Positions 14,014-26,934 of a DNA stretch of 64,000 bases are shown piece after piece (within the stretch, counting starts at the first letter, position 1; each line of letters begins with the position of its first letter). The stretch is from Eledone cirrhosa (Eukaryota). The notes beneath the pieces are model-generated. The model was not told where the DNA came from. It saw only the letters and a list, made by a program, of their open reading frames with translations, and made no database searches. The stretch spans positions 19,344,001 through 19,408,000 of the forward strand of contig OZ024759.1 in NCBI GenBank assembly GCA_964016885.1, read 5' to 3'. The translations under genes were made by a program, and so were the position numbers.

Positions 14014-14578
14014 CAGTCCACGCTGTAATGTGGCCGTGTAGGCAACACGGTAAAAACCTCCCAGCCCCACACTGTAAATGTGGTTGGTGTTAGGAAGGGC
14101 ATCCAGCTGTAGAAAACCCGCCAGACAGTCCACGCTGTAATGTGGCCGTGTAGGCAACACGGTAAAAACCTCCCAGCCCCACACTGTAAATGTGGTTGGT
14201 GTTAGGAAGGGCATCCAGCTGTAGAAAACCCGCCAGACAGTCCACGCTGTAATGTGGCCATGTAGGCAACACGGTAAAAACCTCCCAGCCCCACACTGTA
14301 AATGTGGTTGGTGTTAGGAAGGGCATCCAGCTGTAGAAAACCCGCCAGACAGTCCACGCTGTAATGTGGCCGTGTAGGCAACACGGTAAAAACCTCCCAG
14401 CCCCACACTGTAAATGTGGTTGGTGTTAGGAAGGGCATCCAGCTGTAGAAAACCCGCCAGACAGTCCACGCTGTAATGTGGCCGTGTAGGCAACACGGTA
14501 AAAACCTCCCAGCCCCACACTGTAAATGTGGTTGGTGTTAGGAAGGGCATCCAGCTGTAGAAAACCCGCCAGACAGTC
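14014..14578 (+). repeat. 112-bp tandem repeat (5 copies) of an RTE 3' UTR segment
   Basis: Track ORFs repeat at 112-bp offsets; continues into the RTE tail and (GAT)n at 14665. Confidence 0.85.
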
Positions 14579-14691
14579 CTATGCGAGCAATGACAACCAC
14601 TCTTGCCTCAAGTGGGAAAACTCCCGTCCAAACCCATGCAAGCGTGGAACATGGACGTTAAACGATGATGATGATGATGATGATGATGATG

Positions 14692-14723
<32 letters not shown>

Positions 14724-14820
14724 TGCAAGCAAGGAAAAGTGGACGTAAAATAATGATGATGATATGTCGTTTATGTTTTTTTATTATGAAACCACATTAT
14801 ATTAGTGCTATTGTTAATAT

Positions 14821-14858
<38 letters not shown>

Positions 14859-17775
14859 CACACAACACACAACACACACAACACACACACACACACACAC
14901 ACTACATGCATGCAATCAAACCTGATAACACTCTCACCTTGGAATGTTACATCAACAGTCGGGTAGAGAAAAAAAGAACGGCGTAGAGAGGTTGGAGGAG
15001 GTGGGTGCGGATATTTACAACCGCCGCCACCACCACTACCACCACTACAACACCACCACCACTACCACCAAACTAGGTGTACGTTGATCATTGTTAAGCT
15101 GTTAGAAAGAAGGGCTAAATCTCCCTCAAATTACAGCCTTCTGTCTGTGAAAACTGTAAGACACGTTACATAATGACGTGTTCTGAGATATATGTTAACT
15201 GGAGCAAAACCAAAAATAATAAGTGAATAAAGTCTTCATGGACACGGATAACATATTTATAATCATACGTCAGCTGGTCATAGCTCATAACAAGGAGACG
15301 AGGTGAGCCGCTAGACTTGCTAGAAATAGTAGCCAAAATCCGCTTCTAATCGACCTTGGCTTTCTTTTTATTAAAAAAAAATAACAATAATACTAATAAT
15401 TGTTTCTACTTTTTGGCACAAGGCCAGCAAATTACCCAGTGCATTACTGGTACGTTATAATAAGAAGACCAGTAATTTTGGAGGACGGGAAAGTCGATTA
15501 TATCAACCCCAGTGCGTTACTGGTACTCTATCGTATCGACCCTGTAAGGAATAAAGGATAATAATAATTGTTTCTACTTTTGGCACAAGGCCAGCAAATA
15601 CCCGGTGCATTACTGGTACGTTATAATAAGAAGACCAGTAATTTTGGAGGACGGGAAAGTCGATTATATCAACTCCAGTGCGTTACTGGTATTCTATCGT
15701 ATCGACCCTGTAAGGAATAAAGGATAATAATAATTGTTTCTACTTTTGGCACAAGGCCAGCAAATACCCAGTGCATTACTGGTACTTTATTTTATCGACC
15801 CCGTAAGGATGAAAGGCAAAGTTAACCTCGGCGGGATTTGAACTCAGAACGTAACTCTATGCTTCAAAGCATGGTGTTCGACGCGCTACTGTTTTGTGGG
15901 CACAAGGCCAGTAATTTGGGGGGGGGGGCAGGGAAAGTCGATTATATCAGTCTCAGTGCATTACTGGCACTTTATTTTATCGACCCCGTAAGGACGAAAG
16001 GCAAATTTGACCTCGGCGAGATTTAATGACTGTGTAGTCTTTTGGCACAAGGCCAGCAATTTGAAGGGAAGGGGATGTCAAGTAGATTCCACTGAGTACC
16101 TAAGTATGTTACTGCTACTTTATTTTATCGACCCCGTAAGGACGAAAGGCAAATTTGACCTCGGCGAGATTTAATGACTGTGTAGTCTTTTGGCACAAGG
16201 CCAGCAATTTGAAGGGAAGGGGATGTCAAGTAGATTCCACCGAGTACCTAAGTATGTTACTGCTACTTTATTTTATCGACCCTGTAAGGACGAAAGGCAA
16301 ATTTGACCTCGGCGAGATTTAATGACTGTGTAGTCTTTTGGCACAAGGCCAGCAATTTGAAGGGAAGGGGATGTCAAGTAGATTCCACCGAGTACCTAAG
16401 TATGTTACTGCTACTTTATTTTATCGACCCCGGAAAGATGAAAGTCAAAGTTGACCTCGGCGAGATTTGACCTGAGAGCATAAAAACACTCGGAACATAT
16501 ACCACAAAGCATGTTGTCCAGCACTCCACCGATTCTGCCAATCTATCGCCCCCAATGATAATAATTGTTTCTACTTTTGGCACAGGGCCAACAATTATTC
16601 CAGTGTATTACTGGTACTTTATTTTATCGACCCCGTAAGAATGAAAGGCAAAGTTAACCTCAGCGGGATTTAAACTCAGAACGTAAAGGGACATAACTCT
16701 GTGCCGCAAAGCATGGCGTCCGGCGCTCTACCGATACTGTCAATCTATAATAATAATTGTTTCTACTATTGCCACAAGGCCAGAAATTACTCAGTACATT
16801 ACTGGTACTTTATTTTATCGACCCCGTAAGGATGAAAGGCAAAGTTTCTGATTTAGGCAACAATTTTTTTTTGGGGGGGGTCGATTAAATCGACCCCAGT
16901 GTGTTACTGGTACTTTATTTTATCGATCTCGTAAGTATGACACTTTGGTAATGTAATTCATTCCTGATACACAAATCGACGGGGTTGTCATAACTGGAAC
17001 CACTTTGATTGTATAGTAAACCAGCGACTCACCCTGGGCTGAAGTGACGCGGAACTTCTACTACCACCACCACTACCACTACCACTACTACTAGTAGTAG
17101 TAGTAGTAGTACTATTATCACTATTACTACCACCACCACCACCACCATTACAACAACCATTACTACTACTATGACTATCATCACTACTAACACTACCACC
17201 GCCAACTCCACCATCACAATTGTTACTTCTATCACCACCACCACCAATACCACAATTGTTACTTCTACCACCACCACCACCACAATTGTTACTTCTACCA
17301 CCACCACCACCACTACTGCTATTATACTGCGGGACATTTAACTGAAAGCCAGGTGAGAGTCTACGTAATAGCTCGACTTGCTAGAAAAAGCAGCCGAATC
17401 TCTCTCAAACCACAGCCTACCGTCTTAAATAAAGAAGAACATTTGACATTGATATAGGAAAACAAAAAAAAGGGAATGATCACGGCTGGAATGCCTTTGT
17501 TCATATCTCTGATAAATGTGGACTCAGTTTGTGCTAAAAATAATCATTTGATAAGGAATGGTTCGAGAAATTTATAGATCGTTTGATTGAGATATATATA
17601 TAGATAGACCGTTATATATAGATCAATAGATCGATAGAAAGATAGTGGTAGATCGATAGATCTTTGGAAAGATAGATTGGTTGGTTGATAGATAGATAGA
17701 TCGGTAGGTAGGTAGATAGGTAGGTAGATAGATAGATAGATTGGGGAGATCTCTGGAAAGATAGATGGATTGGTT

Positions 17776-17809
<34 letters not shown>

Positions 17810-17901
17810 GAAATAGATAGGTAGATGGAGAAATAGCTCAATCGATCGATAGGTAGATAGATAGATAGATAGATAAGCAGCAGTGTTGTAGTTTTTTTTA
17901 C

Positions 17902-17982
17902 CTTAGCAGTTCCGGGTAACGATTCCTTTAGGGTAATATGTAGCTGAAGTAATTGATCGTGTGTTAATACTTTATACATCAT
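17902..17982 (-). CDS. Glycine N-acyltransferase-like protein, coding exon 1 (MMYKVLTHDQLLQLHITLKESLPGTAK)
   Basis: ATG at 17982, 27 codons, AAG|GTAAAA donor, phase 0. Resembles the GLYAT-family N-terminus (L..L...L..SLP...KV). Confidence 0.8.
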
Positions 17983-18259
17983 TGCATCGCGTTTTATAGG
18001 GACTTTTTTTTTCTCCCTAAAACTTTCTGCTTTGTATGGGATAGATGGTAAAAACAAATAAAGTTAGTAAACTTAATATAAATATGTATAAATATGTATA
18101 TGTATGAGGGTTAAATAAATAAGCGATCTGGGTGACGAGACGGTAGTGAGAAGAGCATATCGTGTCCTTAAAATGTTTAAGTTATGTAAAAGATGACGGA
18201 TGGCGGGTGGTAGCAGGGGAAAAATAAAAAAGAACACCGCTAGCTATTCAGTAGGTAGC

Positions 18260-19540
18260 GAGGGTGAGAGATAGAGACATAGAGATGGAAAGTGAGATGT
18301 AGAGAGAGAGAGAGAGAAACACACTCACCCTCATAGGGTGAGAGATAAAGACCGAGAGAGTGGGGGAGATAGAGAAACAGAGATAGAAAGACAGAGAGAA
18401 AGAAATACACTCACTCTCATAGAGTGAGAGATAAAGACCGAGAGAGAGAAACGGACTCACTCACAGAGGGTGAGAGATAGACACAGAGAGAGGGAGAGAG
18501 ATAGAGCAACAGATAGAAAGAAAGAGAGAGAGAGAAACACAATCACTCTCATAGAGTGAAAGACAAAGACGGAGAGGTGGGGGGTGGGGAGAAACACACT
18601 CACAGAGGTGAGAGATAGACACAGAGAGAAAGAGAGAGATAAAGAAACAGAGATGGAAAGAGAGAGAGAGAGAAACAGAGATGGAAAGAGAGAGAAACAC
18701 AAACACAGACAAGGGAAGAGATAAAGACAGAGAAAAGCAGGCTCACACATAGAGGAGGAGAGATAAAGGCAGTGAGAGGGGGAAGGAAGACAAAGAGAGA
18801 AAGCGAGACAGAGAGAGGGGAAAGAAAGAAGGAGAGTGAGGGAAGGAAGGGAGACAGAGAGAGGGGAAAGAAAGAAGGAGAGTGAGGGAAGGGAGACAAA
18901 GAGAGGGAGAAGAAAGATGGAGAGAGAGGAAAGAAAGAAGGAGAGTGAGAGAAGGAAGGGAGACAGAGAGAGGGGAAAGAAAGGAGAGTGAGGGAAGGGA
19001 GACCGAGAGAGGGGAAAGAAAGAAGGAGAGTGAGGGAAGGAAGGGAGACAGAGAGAGGGGAAAGAAAGGAGAGTGAGGGAAGGGAGACAAAGAGAGGGAG
19101 AAGAAAGACGGAGAAAATGGGGAGAGAGAGCGAGGCAGACAGAAACACACAAAGCGAGAGAGATGAGGAGAGAGAGAGAGAGAGATGGAGATGGAATGTA
19201 AAGATAGAGAGAGAGAGAGAAATAGAAAGTGAAAGAGAAAGAGTGAGAGAGAAAAGAGAGAAAAGGAAGATAGAAACAGAGATAAACATACACGCACACA
19301 CAGAGAGGGTGAATGATAAAGACATAGAGAGAGGGGGAATAGAGACAGAGAAATACAGAGACAGTGGGGGGGGGGGGGTGAAAGTGTTACTTCTATCAAA
19401 GTTATAGCTATTAGTGAGACAGAAAGGAAAGGTTATAGCTGGAAGTGAGAGGAAGAGGAGGGAAAAGACTAGAAGGGTGAGAGGTAAAGAGAGTAGCAGT
19501 GAGAGAAAGAGAGAAAAGGCTATTAATGAGACGGAGAGTG
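18260..19540. repeat. GA-rich polypurine microsatellite region
   Basis: Direct inspection; similar tracts at 28730-29230 and 63435-63840. Confidence 0.9.
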
Positions 19541-19714
19541 GGATACGCTCAATACATTTATATATTTTATTTTATATATATATATAATGTAGGAGGTGAG
19601 TTTTATTGTAGTACAATAAAGCAATGCAGATATCGGATAAGAAGCACTCTACAGTTTGTAGGACTGGAGTATAAATAATATATAAGATCAAAAGATGGTT
19701 AAAAGAGTTCCATG

Positions 19715-19785
19715 TATTTTATTATGCGCATTTCAAAAACAAATATCATCATGCAATAATATTTGTGTTTTCATCAGATAAAATA
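19715..19785 (-). ncRNA. Type I hammerhead ribozyme motif
   Basis: Minus strand UAUUUUAU-CUGAUGA-[long stem II]-GAAA-UGCGCA-UA-AUAAAAUA; adjoins an inverted repeat with ~70-bp arms (19766-19910). Confidence 0.75.
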
Positions 19786-20080
19786 GGAAGACATGATATG
19801 AAGGTTAAAAAACACTTGTGGATAGTGCAGTTTTTGATTTAAAACTGCACTATTCACAAGTGTTTTTTAACCTTCATATCATGTCTTCCTATTTTATTTG
19901 ATGAAAACACAGTACCTTCGAAATATATATAATAAAACATATATTTTGATTATGTGAATGTCTTCATTTATTAATATTCTGAATAATATTAATAACTCCA
20001 GAAAACTTCTTTGTAGAGTGCTTTTAATCTATTGTAAAACTATATTCATTGAGTAATCAATGAACCATATTAATCTTTGG

Positions 20081-20138
<58 letters not shown>

Positions 20139-20708
20139 TGGTATGTATATTTAATCTTGATAGTTTGTATAATTTTGTATAATTTTGTACATAGATCTGT
20201 TGAATATGCATGCCAATTCTAACACATATATATCCTAGAAACGATCGTTAAATAATGAACTTTTTTTGTTTAATATAAGGAACTGTTTCATTGTTTATTC
20301 ATTATTTGTTTAATATTTTATATATATATATATATATATACTTGGATTACCTTAAACGATATCTCGTTAACTTATATATATGTATATGTGTATATATGTG
20401 AAAGGTAAAGGGAAAACAACAGAGCAAAACGATACAGTTCAATGACGATGTATATTAAGTTTAACGCTTAGTGTAATAAGAGACTTAACATAGACACATC
20501 TACACCCCCCCCCCCTCCCACTCTCTCTGTATTTAACCGATTTAAACCGAGCTGATGATCCGTTAGCTGATGAAACAAATTATCCTCGAGAATGGCTTAC
20601 TAACTGTTGTGAAACTACTTTTACCAAACTCGTCCCATGGACTGAGTGCTCTACTACTGCAGATATAACCCACCACTGTTCTGCTACTATATATATATAT
20701 ATATATAT

Positions 20709-20779
<71 letters not shown>

Positions 20780-21032
20780 GGATGGAAAAATTTGAACAGG
20801 GACAAAACAGAGAGGCAGTACAACGAATGTTTATTAATTTCACGCTCTGGAGAGTGGGGTGTTGGTGGGGGACGACGTTTCGGGCATAAGCCCTTCCTCA
20901 GGTGAGAAGTGTGTGGGAACAGAGTTCAAAGGGTGTGTAGGGGAGTGGTGGAGAGACATATAGCGAAAGGAAACGGTGCGAATGAAAAAATAAAGATAAA
21001 AATAAAAATAAAGCATGATCAAAATACAAGGA

Positions 21033-21091
<59 letters not shown>

Positions 21092-21317
21092 ATATATATA
21101 TAAGAAAGAAAGTGTGGTAAGAAACCAGGTGGACAAGAACGCACCAGAGTACTCGATACTTAGGGTAGTAGAGTGGGTAATATGAAAGAGTCAGGACCCC
21201 GACGGCTGAGCTCCGGCCGTTTCGACAGCTAGATCCGAACGCTGTCGGTACTGACACTTTTCCTATATATATATATATATATTATCTATATATATATATA
21301 TATATACAGATATATAT

Positions 21318-21545
21318 AAAAATACAGATATAAATACATATATATAGTCTAACAAAGTTCTTTTGTTGCACATCTGCAACATCATCAGTGGTACTATATA
21401 TATATATGCTGAGAAAAAATAAAATTAAAATAGCGTAGACATACAATACAACAGAAGGAAACATAATAGTACCACTGATGATGTTGCAGATGTGCAACGA
21501 AAGAACTTTGTTAGACTATATATATGTATTTATATCTGTATTTTT
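21318..21545. mobile_element. Fold-back element with ~80-bp inverted arms carrying CTGATGA-TGTTGCA(GATG)TGCAAC-GAAA
   Basis: Inverted arms 21318-21397 and 21468-21545; related sequence at 54930-54990. Confidence 0.65.
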
Positions 21546-21760
21546 GACCGTTGGTCAATCAATGATAAACATTGATTGCCGAATGAATTAACTATGGAGA
21601 TATAAAAGATACAGAAGCGAAAACCAACCTAACAGTGAGTGTGTTCTGTTATTATTTCTGGCAATATTATTACAACAATATGACCCTCCCCAACTATAAC
21701 AATATATATATAGGAAAATGTTCAAGAGCTCAAGCCGTTCCGACGGCTATTTCTGGACTG

Positions 21761-21794
<34 letters not shown>

Positions 21795-22202
21795 GAAAAA
21801 TATGGGGGAGAAGAATACTGCATGGTTGCACATGGATAACATGTTATAAAATGAGTCCCTCATCAGTGATTTCCCAACGATCATTGGTATGTCATCGCAT
21901 TAAAAATCATATACCTCACGTTGGAGTGATAATAACTAAAATAAGTTATTAGGACAATAGAAACGCGTAAAGCGAGTGAGACAAGTAAACAACACAGGGG
22001 AAAGCTAACCGAAGATGGAAATAAACACAAGCAACATGGTCATTCTTTCAGCATAAGCTGTGTGAATATATGAGCGAGTCAGAAACAGACCTTTCGCTAG
22101 TGAATCCGATGTTAGAAACGATATATATATATATATATATATATATATCGTTTCTGAATTTGTTTAGCAAGATTCTTTATCTGAAAACGTGTGTTTAAAC
22201 TG

Positions 22203-22510
22203 ATATTGTTATACTTTGGGAGGGTCATGTTGCCAATAAGAAACACACGCACCGGTTGCTTTCACTCCAATTTATTATAAATTTAAGAATTTATAAATTT
22301 CCGGTTGGTTGGTTCCACAACCGGACGGTTGTTCATATATTGTCAAAGTTCTTTGACGAAAGAACTTTGACAATATATGTACAACCGTCCAGTTGTGGAA
22401 CCAACCAACCGGAAATTTATAAATTCTTAAATTTATAATAAATTGGAGTGAAAGCAACCGGTGCGTGTGTTTCTTATTGGCAACATGACCCTCCCAAAGT
22501 ATAACAATAT
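22203..22510. repeat. Near-perfect ~308-bp palindrome, Penelope-like terminus family
   Basis: Mirror ORFs 22256+ and 22275-. The terminus ATGACCCTCCC..A.TATAACAAT recurs at 21680, 54880 (reverse complement) and 56005. Confidence 0.85.
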
Positions 22511-22737
22511 ATATATATATATATATATCGTCGAAACGGCTTGAGCTCTGCCGTCGGGGTCTTTTCTGATGATTTGGTTAAGCATACATCGTATTTAAAA
22601 TTGAGTGACACAACTTCAAGTGATTAGCAATTTTAAGACAACTTAACCAATGAAACAATTGTTAATACTGTAAATAAAACTCTTCTTGTACTGTTGACCA
22701 TGTTATTCTACACTCTTTCACTATATATATATATATA

Positions 22738-22929
22738 TAGGAACGAGTAGGACCCCGACGGCTGAGCTCAAGCCGTTTCGACGGCTAATTCTGGACCAGA
22801 ATTAGCCGTCGAAACGGCTTGAGCTCAGCCGTCGGGGTCCTACTCGTTCCTATTACCCACTCTACTACCCTAAGTATTGAGTACTTTGGTGCGTTATGGT
22901 CCACCTGGTTCCTTACCACATTTCCTTCG

Positions 22930-22931
<2 letters not shown>
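22738..22931. mobile_element. Hairpin-headed short element in (TA)n (copies 10503-10685, 21110-21265, 25216-25430; fragments 21725, 22530)
   Basis: Perfect ~115-bp hairpin GGAACGAGTAGGACCCCGACGGCTGAGCTCAAGCCGTTTCGACGG... plus a constant 78-bp tail ending CCTTCGT(TA)n. Confidence 0.8.
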
Positions 22932-22951
<20 letters not shown>

Positions 22952-22962
<11 letters not shown>

Positions 22963-24898
22963 AGTATAGACATAGAATATTCGAAAATATTCTGTATGTT
23001 TATAATAAACATTTTGAAGACCTAATCGCTATAGAATAGAATACGTCACGTATTACAATTAGATTCTCGATAAAAGCAAGGGAAGTAATCTACGCGTTTC
23101 ATTCTTGTTAGAATTCATCAGGACTACATATCCAGTGCTTTTATCGAGAATGACACAGCTAGAGACTTATAGAATACTTAGCTGTGTACTGGAACTGGTT
23201 TGAAAGAGCGGTTGCCGGTCCGGCAGAAATTAGAAATTGGAATAAATGCTCTGAAATAGCGATATATATGTGAGTATAGACATAGAATATTCGAAAATAT
23301 TCTGTATGTTTATAATAAACATTTTGAAGACCTAATCGCTATAGAATAGAATACGTCACGTATTACAATTAGATTCTCGATAAAAGCAAGGGAAGTAATC
23401 TACGCGTTTCATTCTTGTTAGAATTCATCAGGACTACATATCCAGTGCTTTTATCGAGAATGACACAGCTAGAGACTTATAGAATACTTAGCTGTGTACT
23501 GGAACTGGTTTGAAAGAGCGGTTGCCGGTCCGGCAGAAATTAGAAATTGGAATAAATGCTCTGAAATAGCGATATATATGTGAGTATAGACATAGAATAT
23601 TCGAAAATATTCTGTATGTTTATAATAAACATTTTGAAGACCTAATCGCTATAGAATAGAATACGTCACGTATTACAATTAGATTCTCGATAAAAGCAAG
23701 GGAAGTAATCTACGCGTTTCATTCTTGTTAGAATTCATCAGGACTACATATCCAGTGCTTTTATCGAGAATGACACAGCTAGAGACTTATAGAATACTTA
23801 GCTGTGTACTGGAACTGGTTTGAAAGAGCGGTTGCCGGTCCGGCAGAAATTAGAAATTGGAATAAATGCTCTGAAATAGCGATATATATGTGAGTATAGA
23901 CATAGAATATTCGAAAATATTCTGTATGTTTATAATAAACATTTTGAAGACCTAATCGCTATAGAATAGAATACGTCACGTATTACAATTAGATTCTCGA
24001 TAAAAGCAAGGGAAGTAATCTACGCGTTTCATTCTTGTTAGAATTCATCAGGACTACATATCCAGTGCTTTTATCGAGAATGACACAGCTAGAGACTTAT
24101 AGAATACTTAGCTGTGTACTGGAACTGGTTTGAAAGAGCGGTTGCCGGTCCGGCAGAAATTAGAAATTGGAATAAATGCTCTGAAATAGCGATATATATG
24201 TGAGTATAGACATAGAATATTCGAAAATATTCTGTATGTTTATAATAAACATTTTGAAGACCTAATCGCTATAGAATAGAATACGTCACGTATTACAATT
24301 AGATTCTCGATAAAAGCAAGGGAAGTAATCTACGCGTTTCATTCTTGTTAGAATTCATCAGGACTGTCATTCTCGATAAAAGCACTGGATATGTAGTCCT
24401 GATGAATTCTAACAAGAATGAAACGCGTAGATTACTTCCCTTGCTTTTATCGAGAATCTAATTGTAATACGTGACGTATTCTATTCTATAGCGATTAGGT
24501 CTTCAAAATGTTTATTATAAACATACAGAATATTTTCGAATATTCTATGTCTATACTCACATATATATCGCTATTTCAGAGCATTTATTCCAATTTCTAA
24601 TTTCTGCCGGACCGGCAACCGCTCTTTCAAACCAGTTCCAGTACACAGCTAAGTATTCTATAAGTCTCTAGCTGTGTCATTCTCGATAAAAGCACTGGAT
24701 ATGTAGTCCTGATGAATTCTAACAAGAATGAAACGCGTAGATTACTTCCCTTGCTTTTATCGAGAATCTAATTGTAATACGTGACGTATTCTATTCTATA
24801 GCGATTAGGTCTTCAAAATGTTTATTATAAACATACAGAATATTTTCGAATATTCTATGTCTATACTCACATATATATCGCTATTTCAGAGCATTTAT

Positions 24899-24903
<5 letters not shown>
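22952..24903. mobile_element. 310-bp tandem array with internal inversion carrying type I hammerhead ribozymes (retrozyme / Penelope pLTR-like)
   Basis: TGAGTATAGA recurs at 22961, 23271, 23581, 23891 and 24201. Orientation flips at about 24365, followed by about 1.7 inverted units. Flanked on both sides by (TA)n. Confidence 0.85.
24393..24435 (+). ncRNA. Minimal type I hammerhead ribozyme (also 24703-24745 +; 23085-23127, 23395-23437, 23705-23747, 24015-24057 -)
   Basis: GUAGUC-CUGAUGA-AUUCU(AACA)AGAAU-GAAA-CGCG-UA-GAUUAC: complete core, stem I, stem II, palindromic ACGCGU stem III and GUA cleavage triplet. Confidence 0.88.
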
Positions 24904-24936
<33 letters not shown>

Positions 24937-25098
24937 CGGAGAGAGAGAGAAGGGGGTGGGAATCCCAAACGCAGAAAATAACTGTAACAATCGAATGCTG
25001 TGAATAAAATACCGCTGTAGACAAAAATATGTGGCCTGCACCTGTTCCTCTGGTTTATATATATGCACCTGGTACTGGCAAGGAAACCTTATGCTAAC

Positions 25099-25150
<52 letters not shown>

Positions 25151-25454
25151 GCGGAACCGCTAAATTATTTGATCAACCAACATTTTTTTTTACTTGAATG
25201 ATATATATATATATATAGGAACGAGTAGGACCCCGACGGCTGAGCTCAAGCCGTTTCGACGGCTAATTCTGGACTAAAATATAACAATTTTAGTCCACAA
25301 TTAGCCGTCGAAACGGCTTGAGCTCAGCCGTCGGTGTCCTACTCGTTCCTATTACCCACTCTACTACCCTAAGTATTGAGTACTTTGGTGCGTTATGGTC
25401 CACCTGGTTCCTTACCACATTTCCTTCGTTATATATATATATATATAATTTTAT

Positions 25455-25835
25455 TTTATTATTCAAAATATTAATAAATGAAAAATATTCTCATAATCAA
25501 AATATATATTTTATTATACATATTTCAAAGGTACAATGGTGTTTAAGTACGTTTTCATCAGACAAAATATAATATTTGATATGTGACGTACCGCTACGGT
25601 TTTGATTATTCAATTCCAATATTGGCAGTGACAGAAAACGTTGAGAGTTGGTGAAATAAATCACTGACAATATTGGAATTGAATAATCAAAACCGTAGCG
25701 GTATGTCACATATCAAATATTATATGTTGTCTGATGGAAACGTACTTAAACACCATTGTACCTTTGAAATATGTATAATAAAATATATATTTTGATTATG
25801 AGAATATTTTTCATTTATTAATATTTTGAATAATA
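25455..25835. mobile_element. Fold-back element with ~180-bp inverted arms, each with an HHR-like core
   Basis: Arms are reverse complements around a ~29-bp spacer. CTGATGA..GAAATATGTATA on minus (25506-25570); mutated CTGATGG copy on plus. The 3' flank is shared with 19920-20050. Confidence 0.7.
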
Positions 25836-26034
25836 TTAAATACTCCAGGAAAATCTGCTGTCGAGTGCTTCTAATCTATTGTAAAATTGTATTCGTTGAA
25901 ACATTAAAATATTAACTGACTGAGCACTCAATACTTATATATATATATATATATATATATCCACACAGCCTCCAAAAGTAATGGTTGTATTTTAAAGGGT
26001 ACGTCAAACCTATTTGTAAAACTGTTATATATTG

Positions 26035-26099
26035 TATTTTGTCTGATGAAGGCATACCATAATTTAATGTGGTATCCCTGAAATATGTATAATGAAATA
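26035..26099 (+). ncRNA. Type I hammerhead ribozyme motif
   Basis: UAUUUUGU-CUGAUGA-AGGcAUACCAUA..UGUGGUAUcCCU-GAAA-UAUGUA-UA-AUGAAAUA. Confidence 0.7.
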
Positions 26100-26138
26100 A
26101 ATATGGTTTTATAAATATAGTTTCCATTTATTAATATC

Positions 26139-26233
<95 letters not shown>

Positions 26234-26934
26234 GTGATGGGTGTTTAAAATATCATGCCATTTAGAGAAAAAAAACATTAAAATATTAACTGACTGAGCA
26301 CTCAATACTTGTGGGTAAGGTGTAAATTTTATTTTCGAAATAGAAACATGACAGCGACTTCGGAGTTTCAGCTTAGACATTTCATCTTCGATTCTAATCA
26401 TTAGACTGCGGTCATGCAGGGGCATCTCCTTGATTTATTTTATCAAATCGACCCACGACCCCCGTTACTTTTTTTTTTTTTTTTGACGTCCGGTAATGTA
26501 TTTTATCGATCTTGTTTTTGTCGAAATACTAAGTTACAGGACATAAACATATACACACACATAAGCATAGAGACGGACACACACATATACACAAATACTA
26601 GAGTGGGCCCCAAATACCTGAAGGTCTATTCCCTCGGCCATGGGTTAATTTGACCCAGGTGTGTGTATGTATGTGAGTATGTATGTATATATGTATATGT
26701 GTATAATAATTGTTTCTATTTTTGGCACCAGGCCAGCAATTACCCAGTACATTACTGGTACTTTATTTTATCGACCTCATAAGGATGAAAGGCAAAGTTA
26801 ACCTCGGCGGGATTTGAACTCAGACCGTAAAGGGACGTAACTATACTGGAAAGCATGGTGCCCGACCCTCCACCGATCCTACCAATTCAATAATAAGGAA
26901 ATTGTGTACAGTGCTCAGCTGCATTATGTATGTA

